Shown here one piece after another: positions 12,894-23,899 of a stretch of 64,000 bases of DNA. Numbering within the stretch: position 1 is the stretch's first letter; each line of letters begins with the position of its first letter. This DNA comes from Azolla caroliniana (lineage: Eukaryota > Plantae > Polypodiophyta): NCBI GenBank assembly GCA_043228905.1, contig JBHGNT010000007.1:17918001-17982000 (forward strand), given 5' to 3'. The notes below the pieces were generated by a model that saw only the letters and a list, made by a program, of their open reading frames with translations, was not told where the DNA came from and did no database searches. The position numbers were made by a program, and so were the translations under genes.

Positions 12894-15800
12894 GTCCGGC
12901 CAAAATAGGAGCCATTTGGCTGGACCATCCTAGCTATGTAGAGTTAGTTCCTAGTCGTGGTTCCATTTCATCAAATCAAGTGAGTCGAGTTTTTTCAGCA
13001 CAAGTCGAGCTTACCACATCTACATGTCATCGAGTCCTAGCCTCTGCCCTTCTAGATTTTGGAGCCAACTCTTGTTTCATGGATCGTGAATTTGCCTTGT
13101 CACAAAACATCCTCTTGAATAAGCTTCCCAACCCAGTAGCCGTAGGAGTCATCGATGGACGTCCCATAGCATCAGGAGATATAGTCGAGGAGTCCGAGCC
13201 AATTAGGATAGTTCTTGGCAATTTGGCAAGCATAATCTCTTTCAATATTATTCGTAGTCCGAACCACCCAATAGTTCTAGGTCTCCCCTGGTTTGAACTC
13301 CATAACCCGAAGATTGATTGGATGAAAAGAACAATTGAGGAGACTCGGGAAAAAAGCACAAATTCCGCATCCCTCTCTCCTACATGTGCTAATAGATCCC
13401 CGGAGTTATCGCCCATCTCTTTACGACAGTTGCGGGAGGAAGGGGGGAACGAGGCCATGTTCGTCTTTGCAATAGTAGCAACTCCATCATCCACTTCACG
13501 TGACGCGGATATTAAACTACCAGAGAAATACAAGGAGTTTTCAGATGTCTTTGATAAGGTGAAGGCCAATACATTGCCGGAGCATCGGCCATACGACTGC
13601 CCTATTGACTTACAACCAGGGAAAGAACCTCCATGGGGCCCAATTTATAATCTCTCCCCTGTAGAGCTAGAGACTTTGCGGGAATATATTGATGAGAATC
13701 TGGCAAACGGATTCATTCGGCATTCTACATCCCCTGCTGGTGCACCTATCTTCTTCGTTAAGAAGAAGAATGGAACTCTTCGGTTGGTCGTGGATTATCG
13801 AGGGCTAAACAAAGTGACTATCCGAAATAGATATGCTCTACCATTAATCCCGAATCTTTTGGAACGTCTCAATGGTGCAAAATATTTCACGAAGTTGGAC
13901 CTTCGCGGAGCATATAATCTAGTTCGGATTCGCCCGGGGGATGAATGGAAGACAGCTTTCCGCACTCGCTATGGACATTTTGAGTATACAGTGATGCCAT
14001 TTGGTCTCACGAATGCACCTGCTGTTTTCCAACATATGGCGAACGATATTTTTCGAGATTTTCTTGATATCTTCACTATAGTTTACCTAGATGATATTTT
14101 AATCTACTCAAAGACCCAAGAGGAGCATGATGCACATGTTCGTCAAGTACTGTGCCGACTCCGAGAATATGGTCTCTATGCAAAATTAGAAAAGTGTAGT
14201 TTCGGCCAGAATCAAGTGGAATTTTTGGGGTATGTTGTATCGTCAAATGGTATTGCTATGGACCCCATGAAGGTACAGGCAATTTTAGAGTGGCAAACGC
14301 CCCTTTCAGTGTGTGATTGTCAATGTTTTCTCGGGTTTGCAAATTTTTATCGAAAATTTATTAAAGATTATTCCAAGGTTGTACTTCCGCTTACTCAGCT
14401 CACACATAAAGATCAACCATTTATATGGAGTTCAGATGCATCCGAGGCATTCGAAAGCTTAAAACGAGCATTTACAACGGCACCTATCTTAGCACATGTC
14501 GACCCAACAAAACGCTTCATCCTCGAAGCCGATGCATCCGATTTTGCACTAGGGAGTGTCCTCTCGCAGACTGGAGATGATGGACAACTACACCCTGTCG
14601 CCTTTCATTCACGAAAGTTTGAAGCTGCAGAGATCAACTACGAGATCCATGACAAAGAGCTTCTTGCAATCGTGGATTCGTTTCAACAATGGCGACATTT
14701 CCTAGAAGGTTCTTCTCAGCAGATCATTGTCTACAATGATCATAAGAACCTGACTTATTTCCAAAATGCTCGAGTCTTGAGTCGGCGACAAGCCCGGTGG
14801 GCGCAATTTTTGACTCACTTCGACTTTATCATCATATATCGCCCTGGGATGCAGCAAGGCAAAGCAGATGCTCTTTCTCGGCACTCTTATATGGAACTTC
14901 GTCCAGGGGAACCTGCTTTTGAGCATCAAAAACAAATCCTTTTGGGTCCTAATCGATTACGATTAATGGTAGTTAATGCCATAACAGCTCTTGAAAATTC
15001 CACTCTTCTTGATTCCATTCGAGATCATATGGCCACTGATGATTTCGCCAAGGATGTTTTGGATCATATCGTCCCGGATCGTGCTTCTTGCTCACAGTCG
15101 AAAAATCCTCGTAATGACTATTGTCAGTTCTATTGGCATAATGGTTTTCTATTTCGACAAAATTTATTGTATGTTCCTGATGGTCCCCCACGGCTACAAG
15201 TTTTGCAACATTGCCATGACTCACCAATGGCTGGTCATTTTGGAGTTCACAAGACTCTAGAATTAATTTCTCGACGCTATTGGTGGCCTCGCCTTCGTCA
15301 TTTTGTTGAGGAGTATGTTCGGAGTTGTGATATATGTTGTCGATCAAAGAATCCTCGTCACCGACCCTATGGCTTACTACAACCACTTCCCATTCCGGAA
15401 ACACCTTGGAAGTCTATATCCTTGGACTTCATTACTGATCTCCCAGTTTCAAAAGGTTTTGATGCAATTCTCACAGTGGTTGATCGATTTACCAAAATGG
15501 CACATTTCTTGCCATGTACAAAGTCGATTACTAGTCAAGAGACGGCTGATCTCGTTATGCGGGAGGTATTTAAGCATCATGGTCTGCCAGATGATATTAT
15601 TAGTGATCGTGGTCCACAATTCATCTCAAAGTTTTGGAAGCACCTGTTCAAACTTCTCCACATTTCAGTTAAGCTTTCTTCGGGCTATCATCCTGAAACA
15701 AATGGCCAAACAGAGCGTACCAACTAGACATTGGAACAATATCTTCGTTGTTTCATCAACTATCAACAAGATGATTGGGTTGCATTTTTGCACTTGGCGG

Positions 15801-16531
15801 AATTCGCTTACAACAACTCAGCCCATTCTTCTACAAGATATTCCCCATTTTTCGCAAATACGGGCTGTCATCCTCGATGGACGATGAATGTGCATCCAGA
15901 AGTTCCTACCAACCCTGCTGCCGAGGATCGTCTTAGTCGCCTCCAAGAAATTCAAGCTAACATTCTCCACAATTTGCACGATGCTCAATTTACACACAAG
16001 AGGCTTGCCGATCGTCATCGTCTAGACTCCTCAAAAAAGTTCCGCATTGGGGATCATGTATGGCTTCTCCAACACAACATCAAGACCACTCGACCTTGCA
16101 GTAAATTGGATTACCAACGTTTTGGCCCTTACATGATCACTGGTAAGATAAGTGATGTTGCATTTCGTCTTGACCTCCCTCCGCACATGCATCTTCATCC
16201 GGTGTTTCATGTATCCCTTTTGGAACCTTATACTACAAGTTCAATTCCGGGCCGTCTTACGACACCCCCACCACCTGTCGAGTTCTTGGACGGGCCTGAA
16301 TTTGAAGTTGCTGCCGTTCTCGATTCTAAAATCGTGCGCAACAAGTTGTATTACTTGGTCGATTGGCTAGGCTATACCCCCAATGATCGAACTTGGGAAC
16401 CTGCCACAAATCTTTCCAATGCTGCAGAACTCGTCAATGCATTTCATCGCCAATATCCTTGTAAACCAGGTCCTAATACAAACCCTACGACCCGTGAGAC
16501 GTGTCGTCGAAGAAGGGGGATAGTGTCATGA
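12881..16531 (+). CDS. pol: Pol of chromovirus A: protease, RT, RNase H, integrase, chromodomain (one stop at ~15725; entered by -1 frameshift)
   Basis: ALLDFGA, VYLDDILIYS, EADASDFALG, HHCC and DD35E region, chromodomain FEVAAVLDSK..YLVDWLGY..TWEP. Confidence 0.95.
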
Positions 16532-19500
16532 TAACAATCACATCATGCATCGAAAGGATCATGACACTCACATTATGACTCGAAAGGATTTGAACCCACG
16601 ACCTTGTTGTACACATGTCAAATCCTTAACCATTGTATTAATATTCTTATATGTATAGTCTTTAGAATATGAAATCTAATATCATAGGAATATTCTATAT
16701 TACTCTACATTCTAGAATGACCTAGAATATTCTAGAGTGTTCTATACCACTAGAACCTTCTAGAATACTCTAGAGATCTTCTAGATTACTCTACATTCTA
16801 GGATAACCTAGAATATTCTAGAGAGTTCTCTATTACTTATAAATAGGGATCTACCACCCATCCCAAACCTAAATTGGTTCAACGCCATTTTGTAGCCTAC
16901 TCTTTGTAATCCATTTTACGCTTCAATATAATAATTCTCTTTCAATTATCTCTCTATCTCTTTTTCTCTCTCTTTCTCTCTCTCTTTCTCTCTCTCTAAG
17001 TCTTGACACTGACAAGCTAGATGCATGTAGGAAGAGGATCAGATTGACGAGGCATCCCATGCCGTAGTGAAGGGGGAGTTTGTTAGGATTTCGGTCCCTC
17101 CGGATGGGATATGAGTACCCGACAACGAAGACTCGATGAGAACCGGATGATGAGTACCCGACAAGGAAGACCCTATGAGAACCGGATGACGCAGGCCCGG
17201 TGAGAACCTGTCACCGGATGAAGGGACATAGATGTAAATATGTTTCTGTTAGCCCATTGTTGTCAGGAATAGTACTAAAGTAGAGATGGAATTAGTACTA
17301 AGAAGAACAATACTATTAGTACTAAGAGGACGGGACTGCGTAAGATTCCCGAGAGAGAGGAAGTGAGAAGAGGAGAGAGAGAGAGAGAGAGAGAGGATGA
17401 TGACAACAACTCTTATATTATATGAAAGATAAGTACAAATCGGCTAAGAGGCTTAAGACTGGTGTTGAACCAATTTGGTTCAACATAATGCCTAGTGCCT
17501 TCTTTTATAGTGTTGTCAGGAGTAATCTTGAAACTTCTAGAATGTTCCAGAGAAATCTAGAATATACATTACTTTCTTATAATAAAACATAAATGAAAAT
17601 AATATCTTGTAATCCATGGTTAAGAGCTCGACCCATATACCATAAGGTCATGGGTTCGAGTCTTGCCATCTCATGACACTATCTCCCCCTTAAAGACGAC
17701 GAATGGAATGAGTCGGCGCTGATTGCAGACCGGGTTTGTCCGGATACTTTCAGTGGAAATCAGCAAGTAGATCCTGAGCATTGGCAACATGCTCGACAGG
17801 TTCCCAAGTGCGTTCGCTCGAACTATAACCAATCCAATCGACCAAATAATAAAGTTTGTTGCGAATAAGTTTGGAATCGAGGATGGCAGCAACTTCATAC
17901 TCCGGGCCGGTGTCCAACTCCAGCGGGGGCGGCGGTGGTGTAACACGATCGGGAATGGTGTTTGCTTTATAAGGTTCAAGAAGAGAACAATGGAAAACCG
18001 GATGTATCTGAAGCTGTGGAGGGAGATCAAGGCGGAATGTGACATCATTAACTTTACCTGTAATAAGGAAAGGACCGAGTCGTCGATAATCCAACTTGTC
18101 GCACGGTCGAGTAGTCTTGATGTGACAACGTAAGAGCCATACTCGATCTCCGATGGCAAAAGAGGAGGGAAGCCGATGACGATCCGCGTAAGTCTTTTGT
18201 GTTTGTTGAGCATGACGAAGATAAGTCGAGAGATCTGTCTAGATCTTGCGTAGTCTCTCCAAATGATCCCCGGCACGAGGATTGGTAGGTAGCTCCGGGG
18301 TGTCGATCACCGACTAGCGAGGATGAGAACCGGTATAAGCGTAGAATGGGGAGACTCGAGTCGAGGAGTGAACAACATTATTATACGCAAACTCCGCAAA
18401 GTGGAGAATCTTGGCCCAATCGTCTTGTTGATAACTCAGGAAACACTGGAGATATTGCTCCAACGTTTGGTTTGTTCGTTCTGCCCGCCCATCGGTCTGA
18501 GGATGGTAGCCGGAGGAGAGGTTGCAAGAGACCTTGAGCATCTTGAAGAGATGCTGCCAAAATTTGGAGACAAATTGCGGTCCTCGGTCACTAATGATAC
18601 TGTCTGGGAGGCCATGATGCCGAAATACCTCACGCATGACTAGGGCGGCGGTCTCCTCGCTAGTGATGGCCATAGTACATGGAACAAAATGTGCCATCTT
18701 CGTATATCGATCGACGACGGTTAAGATAGCATCGAACCCCTGCGAGACCGGCAAATCTGTGATAAAATCAAGACAAATAGATTGCCACGACTTAGTTGGA
18801 ATAGGTAAGGGTTCCAACAAGCCATATGGATGGTGTTGTGGCATCTTTGCTCAGCAGCAAGCATCACAAGTCCGAACGTAGTCGTCGACAAAACGGCGCA
18901 TGTGGGGCCACCAAAAAGATCGTTGCACTAGCTCGAACGTCTTAGTACTACCGAAATGTCCCGCCGTATGGGTGTCGTGACAATGCTGGACGATTTGAAG
19001 GTGATAGGAGCAATCGGGGACATATACGCACTTTTTAAAGAATAAGAAACCATCATGATATTCGAATTGTCGGTAGTCAATACCTGGTTGTTGAGACTGA
19101 GAACAGGATCCCGAGAAGTATCAATGTGCGCCAAGATGTTTTGAGCAAAACTATCCGTCTTCAAGTTTGCACGTATGTCGTCGGTAATCCGTGAATCCAT
19201 CGGGGTGTGAAAAATCCGCGTCGTGTGCAATCGTGTTGGTCACAAGATTACTTGCTTTTGATTATCAAATGTTGGATCACCAGGACAAGGTGCAATATGA
19301 ACGCCGTGATAGTGCAGATCTGCTTTTCCTTGCTGCTTCCTCGGTCGATATGTGATTTTGAAGTCGAAACGCGTGAGGAATTGCGCCCACCGAGCTTGTC
19401 GTCGATTTAGTACGCGAGCGTTCTGGAAATAAGCAAGATTTTTATGATCACTAAAGACAACGACATGATGTGGAGAGCCCTCTAAGAAATGCCGCCATTG

Positions 19501-21625
19501 CACAAATGAATCCACGATGGCTAATAACTCCTTGTCATGTATTTCGTAGTTGATTTCCGCAACATCGAATTTGTGCGAATGGAAAGCCACCGGATGCAAC
19601 TCTTCTTTATCTCCTTGTTGAGAAAGGATGCTACCGAGGGCGAAATCTGAAGCATCGGCCTCCATGATGAATGGTTTGCTAGTATCCACATGAGCTAGAA
19701 TTGGTGTTGATGTAAAGGCTTTCTTAAGATGCCGAAAAGCCATATCTGCTTCAATGGACCAAAGAAATGCTTGGCCCTTCTTCGTAAGTTGTGTGAGGGG
19801 TAAGATAATCTTCGAGTAATCTTGTATAAACTTACGGTAGAAGTTAGCAAAACCTAGAAAACATTGTATATCTCGTACCGACCGTGGAATTTGCCACTCT
19901 AGTACAGTTTGGACTTTAGCTGGATCCATGGCGATGCCCTTTGAGGAGATGACGTAGCCTAGAAATTCCACTTGCTTGCAGTCAAAGCTACATTTTTCTA
20001 GCTTGGCATAAAGACCATTCTCGCGGAGTCGCTTTAGTACTAATAGTACATGAGAATCGTGCTCTTGCTGGGTCTTCGAATAAATCAATAGATCATCAAG
20101 ATAGATGATCAAACAGATATCCAAGAGGTCTCTGAATATATCATTTGCCATGTGTTGGAAGACTGCGGGTGCATTGGTTAGGCCGAATGGCATAACAGTA
20201 TACTCGAAATGCCCATACGGCGTGCGAAAGGCGGTCTTCCATTCATCTCCCAGTCGGATCCACACGAGGTTATACGCTCCTCGTAGATCGATTTTGGTAA
20301 AAAACTTGGCACCATTAACTCGCTCCAAAAGACTTGATATAAGAGGAAGTGCATACCTATTCCGGATGGTGACCTTATTCAATCCGCTGTAATCAATGAC
20401 GAGACGAAGTGAGCCATCTTTCTTCTTGACAAAGAAGATGGGTGCACCGGCCGGAGATTTCGAATGACGGATGAACCCGCTTGCCAAGTTCTCCTCTATG
20501 TAGGCTCGAAGGACTTCGAACTCGGTGGGTGACAAGTTGTAAATTGGTCCCCATGGTGGCTCGGTTCCTAGTTGTAAATCGATGGGATAGTCATAGGGAC
20601 AGTGATGAGGAAGGGTACCAGCTTTTACCTTGTCAAATACATCGGCATAAAGATGATATTTTGCCGGAAGTTGTACTGAGGAGTCCTTCTTAATAGTGCT
20701 GGAAGGATGTACTGATATTGCAAATAGGAACATTGCCTCCTTGTGTCCTTCTTCGCGTAATTGATGGAGTGAAATGGTCGAAACTCGGTGAGTAGATTCT
20801 TGGGGTGGTCGATAGCAGACTTCTCTTGTTCTCCAATCTATGGCTAGATTATGTAATTCAAACCAAGGTAATCCTAGGACAATGGGATGCTCTGGACTAC
20901 TAATTATATTAAATGATATTACACACACAAAACTACCTAGGACAACTTGAATGGGTTCTGATTCTTCTACAATATTCCCAGAAGCAATGGGACAACCATC
21001 AATGATTATTACAGATGCGGGACAAGGAAGTTTTCTTAGGGATATCTGAGAAGCTTGGGCAAAATTTCGATCCATGAAACAGGAATTAGCTCCAGAATCT
21101 AAGAGTGCTAGGACGGGTACTGGGGGAGTACTTTTAGTACTAACAATGACTTGGGCTAGGAACACATTGCTAACTTGCTTGGAAGGAATGGAACCACTAA
21201 TGGGTTGTACAGATCTAGGGCTGCTGTCCAACCAAACGGCTCCTATTTTGGCTAGACTCAATCGTTTAACTCTTCATCTAATTGACTAAGGATTTCAAAT
21301 TTGTTTGAGATACTTGGGCTATTAGTACTATGAATACTATCAGACACTCTATTAGTACTATTAATACTATCAGACACTCCGAAGGGAAGAATTGACTCGG
21401 GTTTAGTACAGGCGACGATTTGATTTACCTGTCTTCTTGGCCTATGGGGACAATTGATGGCGATATGCCCTGGTCCACCGCAATAAAGGCATAATCAATT
21501 GGCACGTCATTGTTGATTTTCTTCTTCCGATAACGGGCCGCGTCGACGCATGGTATCGATCTCCATCGGTGTCGGAATATTGGCTTGAGGTACATCGCGT
21601 GCAAACGGTTTAGCCGTGACTGAGG

Positions 21626-21835
21626 CATATGTGGGTTCCGGCCGAGAGCGTGGTATTTGTAACTGACGCTCCGAACGCCGTTTGAAAAGGCAGTTGTTGC
21701 ATCGGACCGCTCGACTGATTGCCTCGCCTCCATATGTGGGTTCCGGCCGAGAGCGTGGTATTTGTAACTGACGCTCCGAACGCCGTTTGAAAAGGCGGTT
21801 GTTGCATCGGACCGCTCGACTGATTGCCTCGCCTC
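21626..21835 (-). repeat. 105-bp tandem duplication in gag of B
   Basis: CATATGTGGGTTCCGGCCGAGAGC...GCCTCGCCTC starts at 21626 and 21731. Confidence 0.9.
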
Positions 21836-22956
21836 CGTAAGAGACTTTGGTTCTTCGGGGAAGGTTAAAAGCAGATCTTTGACATCATTGTGCAAGCCGT
21901 AGCGAAACTGCTCCATGAGGGCCTGATCATCCCAAGGAATATCTGAGGCTAGTAGATGGAAATCCACCGTGTAGGCAGAGGCTGGACGATCGCCTTGACG
22001 CAATCTTCGGATCTTGTTGATCGCCGTCCTGATGCTCTCGGTATCTCCAAAGCAGGCTTTAAACTCACCAATAAAATCTTCAAAGTTATTAAGCAAGGGG
22101 GATTGTTTTTCTAGAAGCGGAGCGAACCATGCCAAGGCTGAGCCGCTAAGTAACGTGCCTATTAGGCCGACTCGAGATGCATCAGTGGGATATCGGGAAG
22201 GATGCATCTGGATGACTAAGCGTACCTGATTAAGGAATCCCCGGAATTGCGATCGCGTTCCATCAAATTTCACAGAAAGTCCAATCTTGGGCTCTTTATG
22301 AAATCCTTGGGGACTTGATCCTTGTTGTTGCAACGCTGCTTCGAGTTGTTGTACCTGTAATGCTAACTCCCCATGTTGTTGTTGCGTTTGTTGTTTTTCA
22401 AGAGCGATTTGTTGCAGATCCCCTATCAACCGTTGGTTTTCTTGTTCGAGGGCAACAAACTTTTCTTTTAGGCACTGTAACTCGGAGAAAACGGATTGAT
22501 ATTCTTGGGCGCTAACAGTAGCCATAGTATAGGGAAAAGGGTAGGAGGATGAGGGAGAACGACAAGTAGGCTGGAGGAAAGGGAAAATTGGTTCAAACTG
22601 TCAGGAATAGTACTAAAGCAGAGATGGAATTAGTACTAAGAAGAACAACACTATTAGTACTAAGAGGACGGGACTGCGTAAGATTCTTGAGAGAGAGGAA
22701 GTGAGAAGAGGAGAGAGAGAGAGAGAGAGAGGATGATGACAACAACTCTTATATTATATGAAAGATAAGTACAAATCGGCTAAGAGGCTTAAGACTGGTG
22801 TTGAACCAATTTGGTTCAACATAATGCCTAGTGCCTTCTTTTATAGTGTTGTCAGGAGTAATCCTGAAACTTCTAGAATGTTCCAGAGAAATCTGGAATA
22901 TACATTACTTACTTATAATAAAACATGAATGAAAATAATATCCTATAGATTACAAT

Positions 22957-23022
22957 AGATGGTGTGATGGTTAAGAGCTCGACCCATATACCATAAGGTC
23001 ATGGGTTCAAGTCTTGCCATCT
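22957..23022 (+). promoter_or_regulatory. tRNA-like cassette in LTR B U3 (partial copy at ~17616-17671)
   Basis: AGATGGTGTGATGGTTAAGAGC...AAGGTCATGGGTTCAAGTCTTGCCATCT: A box, B box, and AGATGG/CCATCT acceptor-stem-like pairing. Confidence 0.75.
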
Positions 23023-23899
23023 CATGACAATTGTTGCTATATTTGTAAATAGGATGAAAGTCATATTAGTATAAATATGACCTAGGGCAAACACTATTTA
23101 GTGTGTGGTCGCAGATCATCGTAAGAGTAATTTGGTGTAACTGTTGTATAGAGCGTAACAGAGAGAGAGAGAGAGAGAGAGACCTTGAACAGTCTCTGTT
23201 GTAACCGCCTGTTGACGAAAATGGAAAGCACAAGGTCGTTGCCTCTGTGACTAATTACTGTAATCTTTAAATTGTGATAGTTTGAAGTCTGTGGGCTCCC
23301 ATGGTTTTTCCCCTATTACAGTTTTTCCACGCAAACATACTGTGTACTCTTTTTCAGTGTTTCGTGTATACGTGCATCTATCTCTACATTCCCATTTCTG
23401 TGATTGCAATTCTCAACGAAGTGATTGAAGACTTGGTTGTGGCCGAGCATTATTCCGCATATTCTCTTCACATTGACGATACCTTATTAATGGCTTTTTT
23501 TACGAATTATTGCTTGATAAAACTGACATTGAAACATTATCATTCTAACAACATCTCTAAGAAGTGCTTCACTTGAATGACAAAAACTAGTAATGTTTTT
23601 AGCTAAACTTCAAGCAATTTTTTGTTGTTGTTTCTGGATTTCTGCTTTTCAAACTCTGACTGATGTCTCTCTTTCATAATCCATCTTGCAACTTGTGCAA
23701 CAACAACTTTCCAGCGCCATTCCTCATAGTCGATTTGATGTGTATATACAAGAACTACACATATTTGTAACCATATCTCCAAGATTTTTATCGTCTACTC
23801 CTCCCAAACTGCAATTGAGCATGCAATATAACCTATACCACCTAAAATCTGTAACAACAAAATGTCCATAAACAAAGTTAGAAGACATTGTTTCCTAAA

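Larger units (their letters stand above)
11196..17008 (+). mobile_element. Ty3/gypsy chromovirus A (Tcn1-like), near intact; LTRs 11196-11680 and 16524-17008
   Basis: 485-bp LTRs TGTCATGA..TGACA differing at only about five positions by eye; TSD CTGAC 11191-11195 and 17009-17013; PPT GAAGAAGGGGGATAG before the 3' LTR. Confidence 0.97.
17261..23029 (-). mobile_element. Ty3/gypsy chromovirus B (same lineage as A), inserted in the copia 2 3' LTR; LTRs 17261-17678 and 22599-23029
   Basis: TSD ATTGT 17256-17260 and 23030-23034; gag 22525->21260; pol 21270->17671 with ALLDSGA, IYLDDLLIY and chromodomain YEVAAILDSK..WEP; several frameshifts; PPT AGGGGGAGATAG. Confidence 0.96.
5781..23470 (+). mobile_element. 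Full-length decayed Ty1/copia element 2 (5' LTR 5781-6509; gag-pol 6539-11195 and 17009-17070; 3' LTR 17081-17260 + 23030-23470), host of three nested insertions
   Basis: TG..CA ends; TSD CATTG at 5776-5780 and 23471-23475; degenerate tRNA-iMet PBS TGATATCAGAG 6513-6523; zinc knuckle CFYCGNPGH, protease WVVDFGASFH, integrase FIDDHSRK..TPELNGLA, RT LLYVDNML, RNase H; PPT at ~17069-17080. Confidence 0.95.

Noticed and set aside
22957-23022. Bona fide tRNA genes in the LTRs
   Set aside because: Anticodon arms do not fold convincingly and no isotype can be assigned; reported as tRNA-like only.
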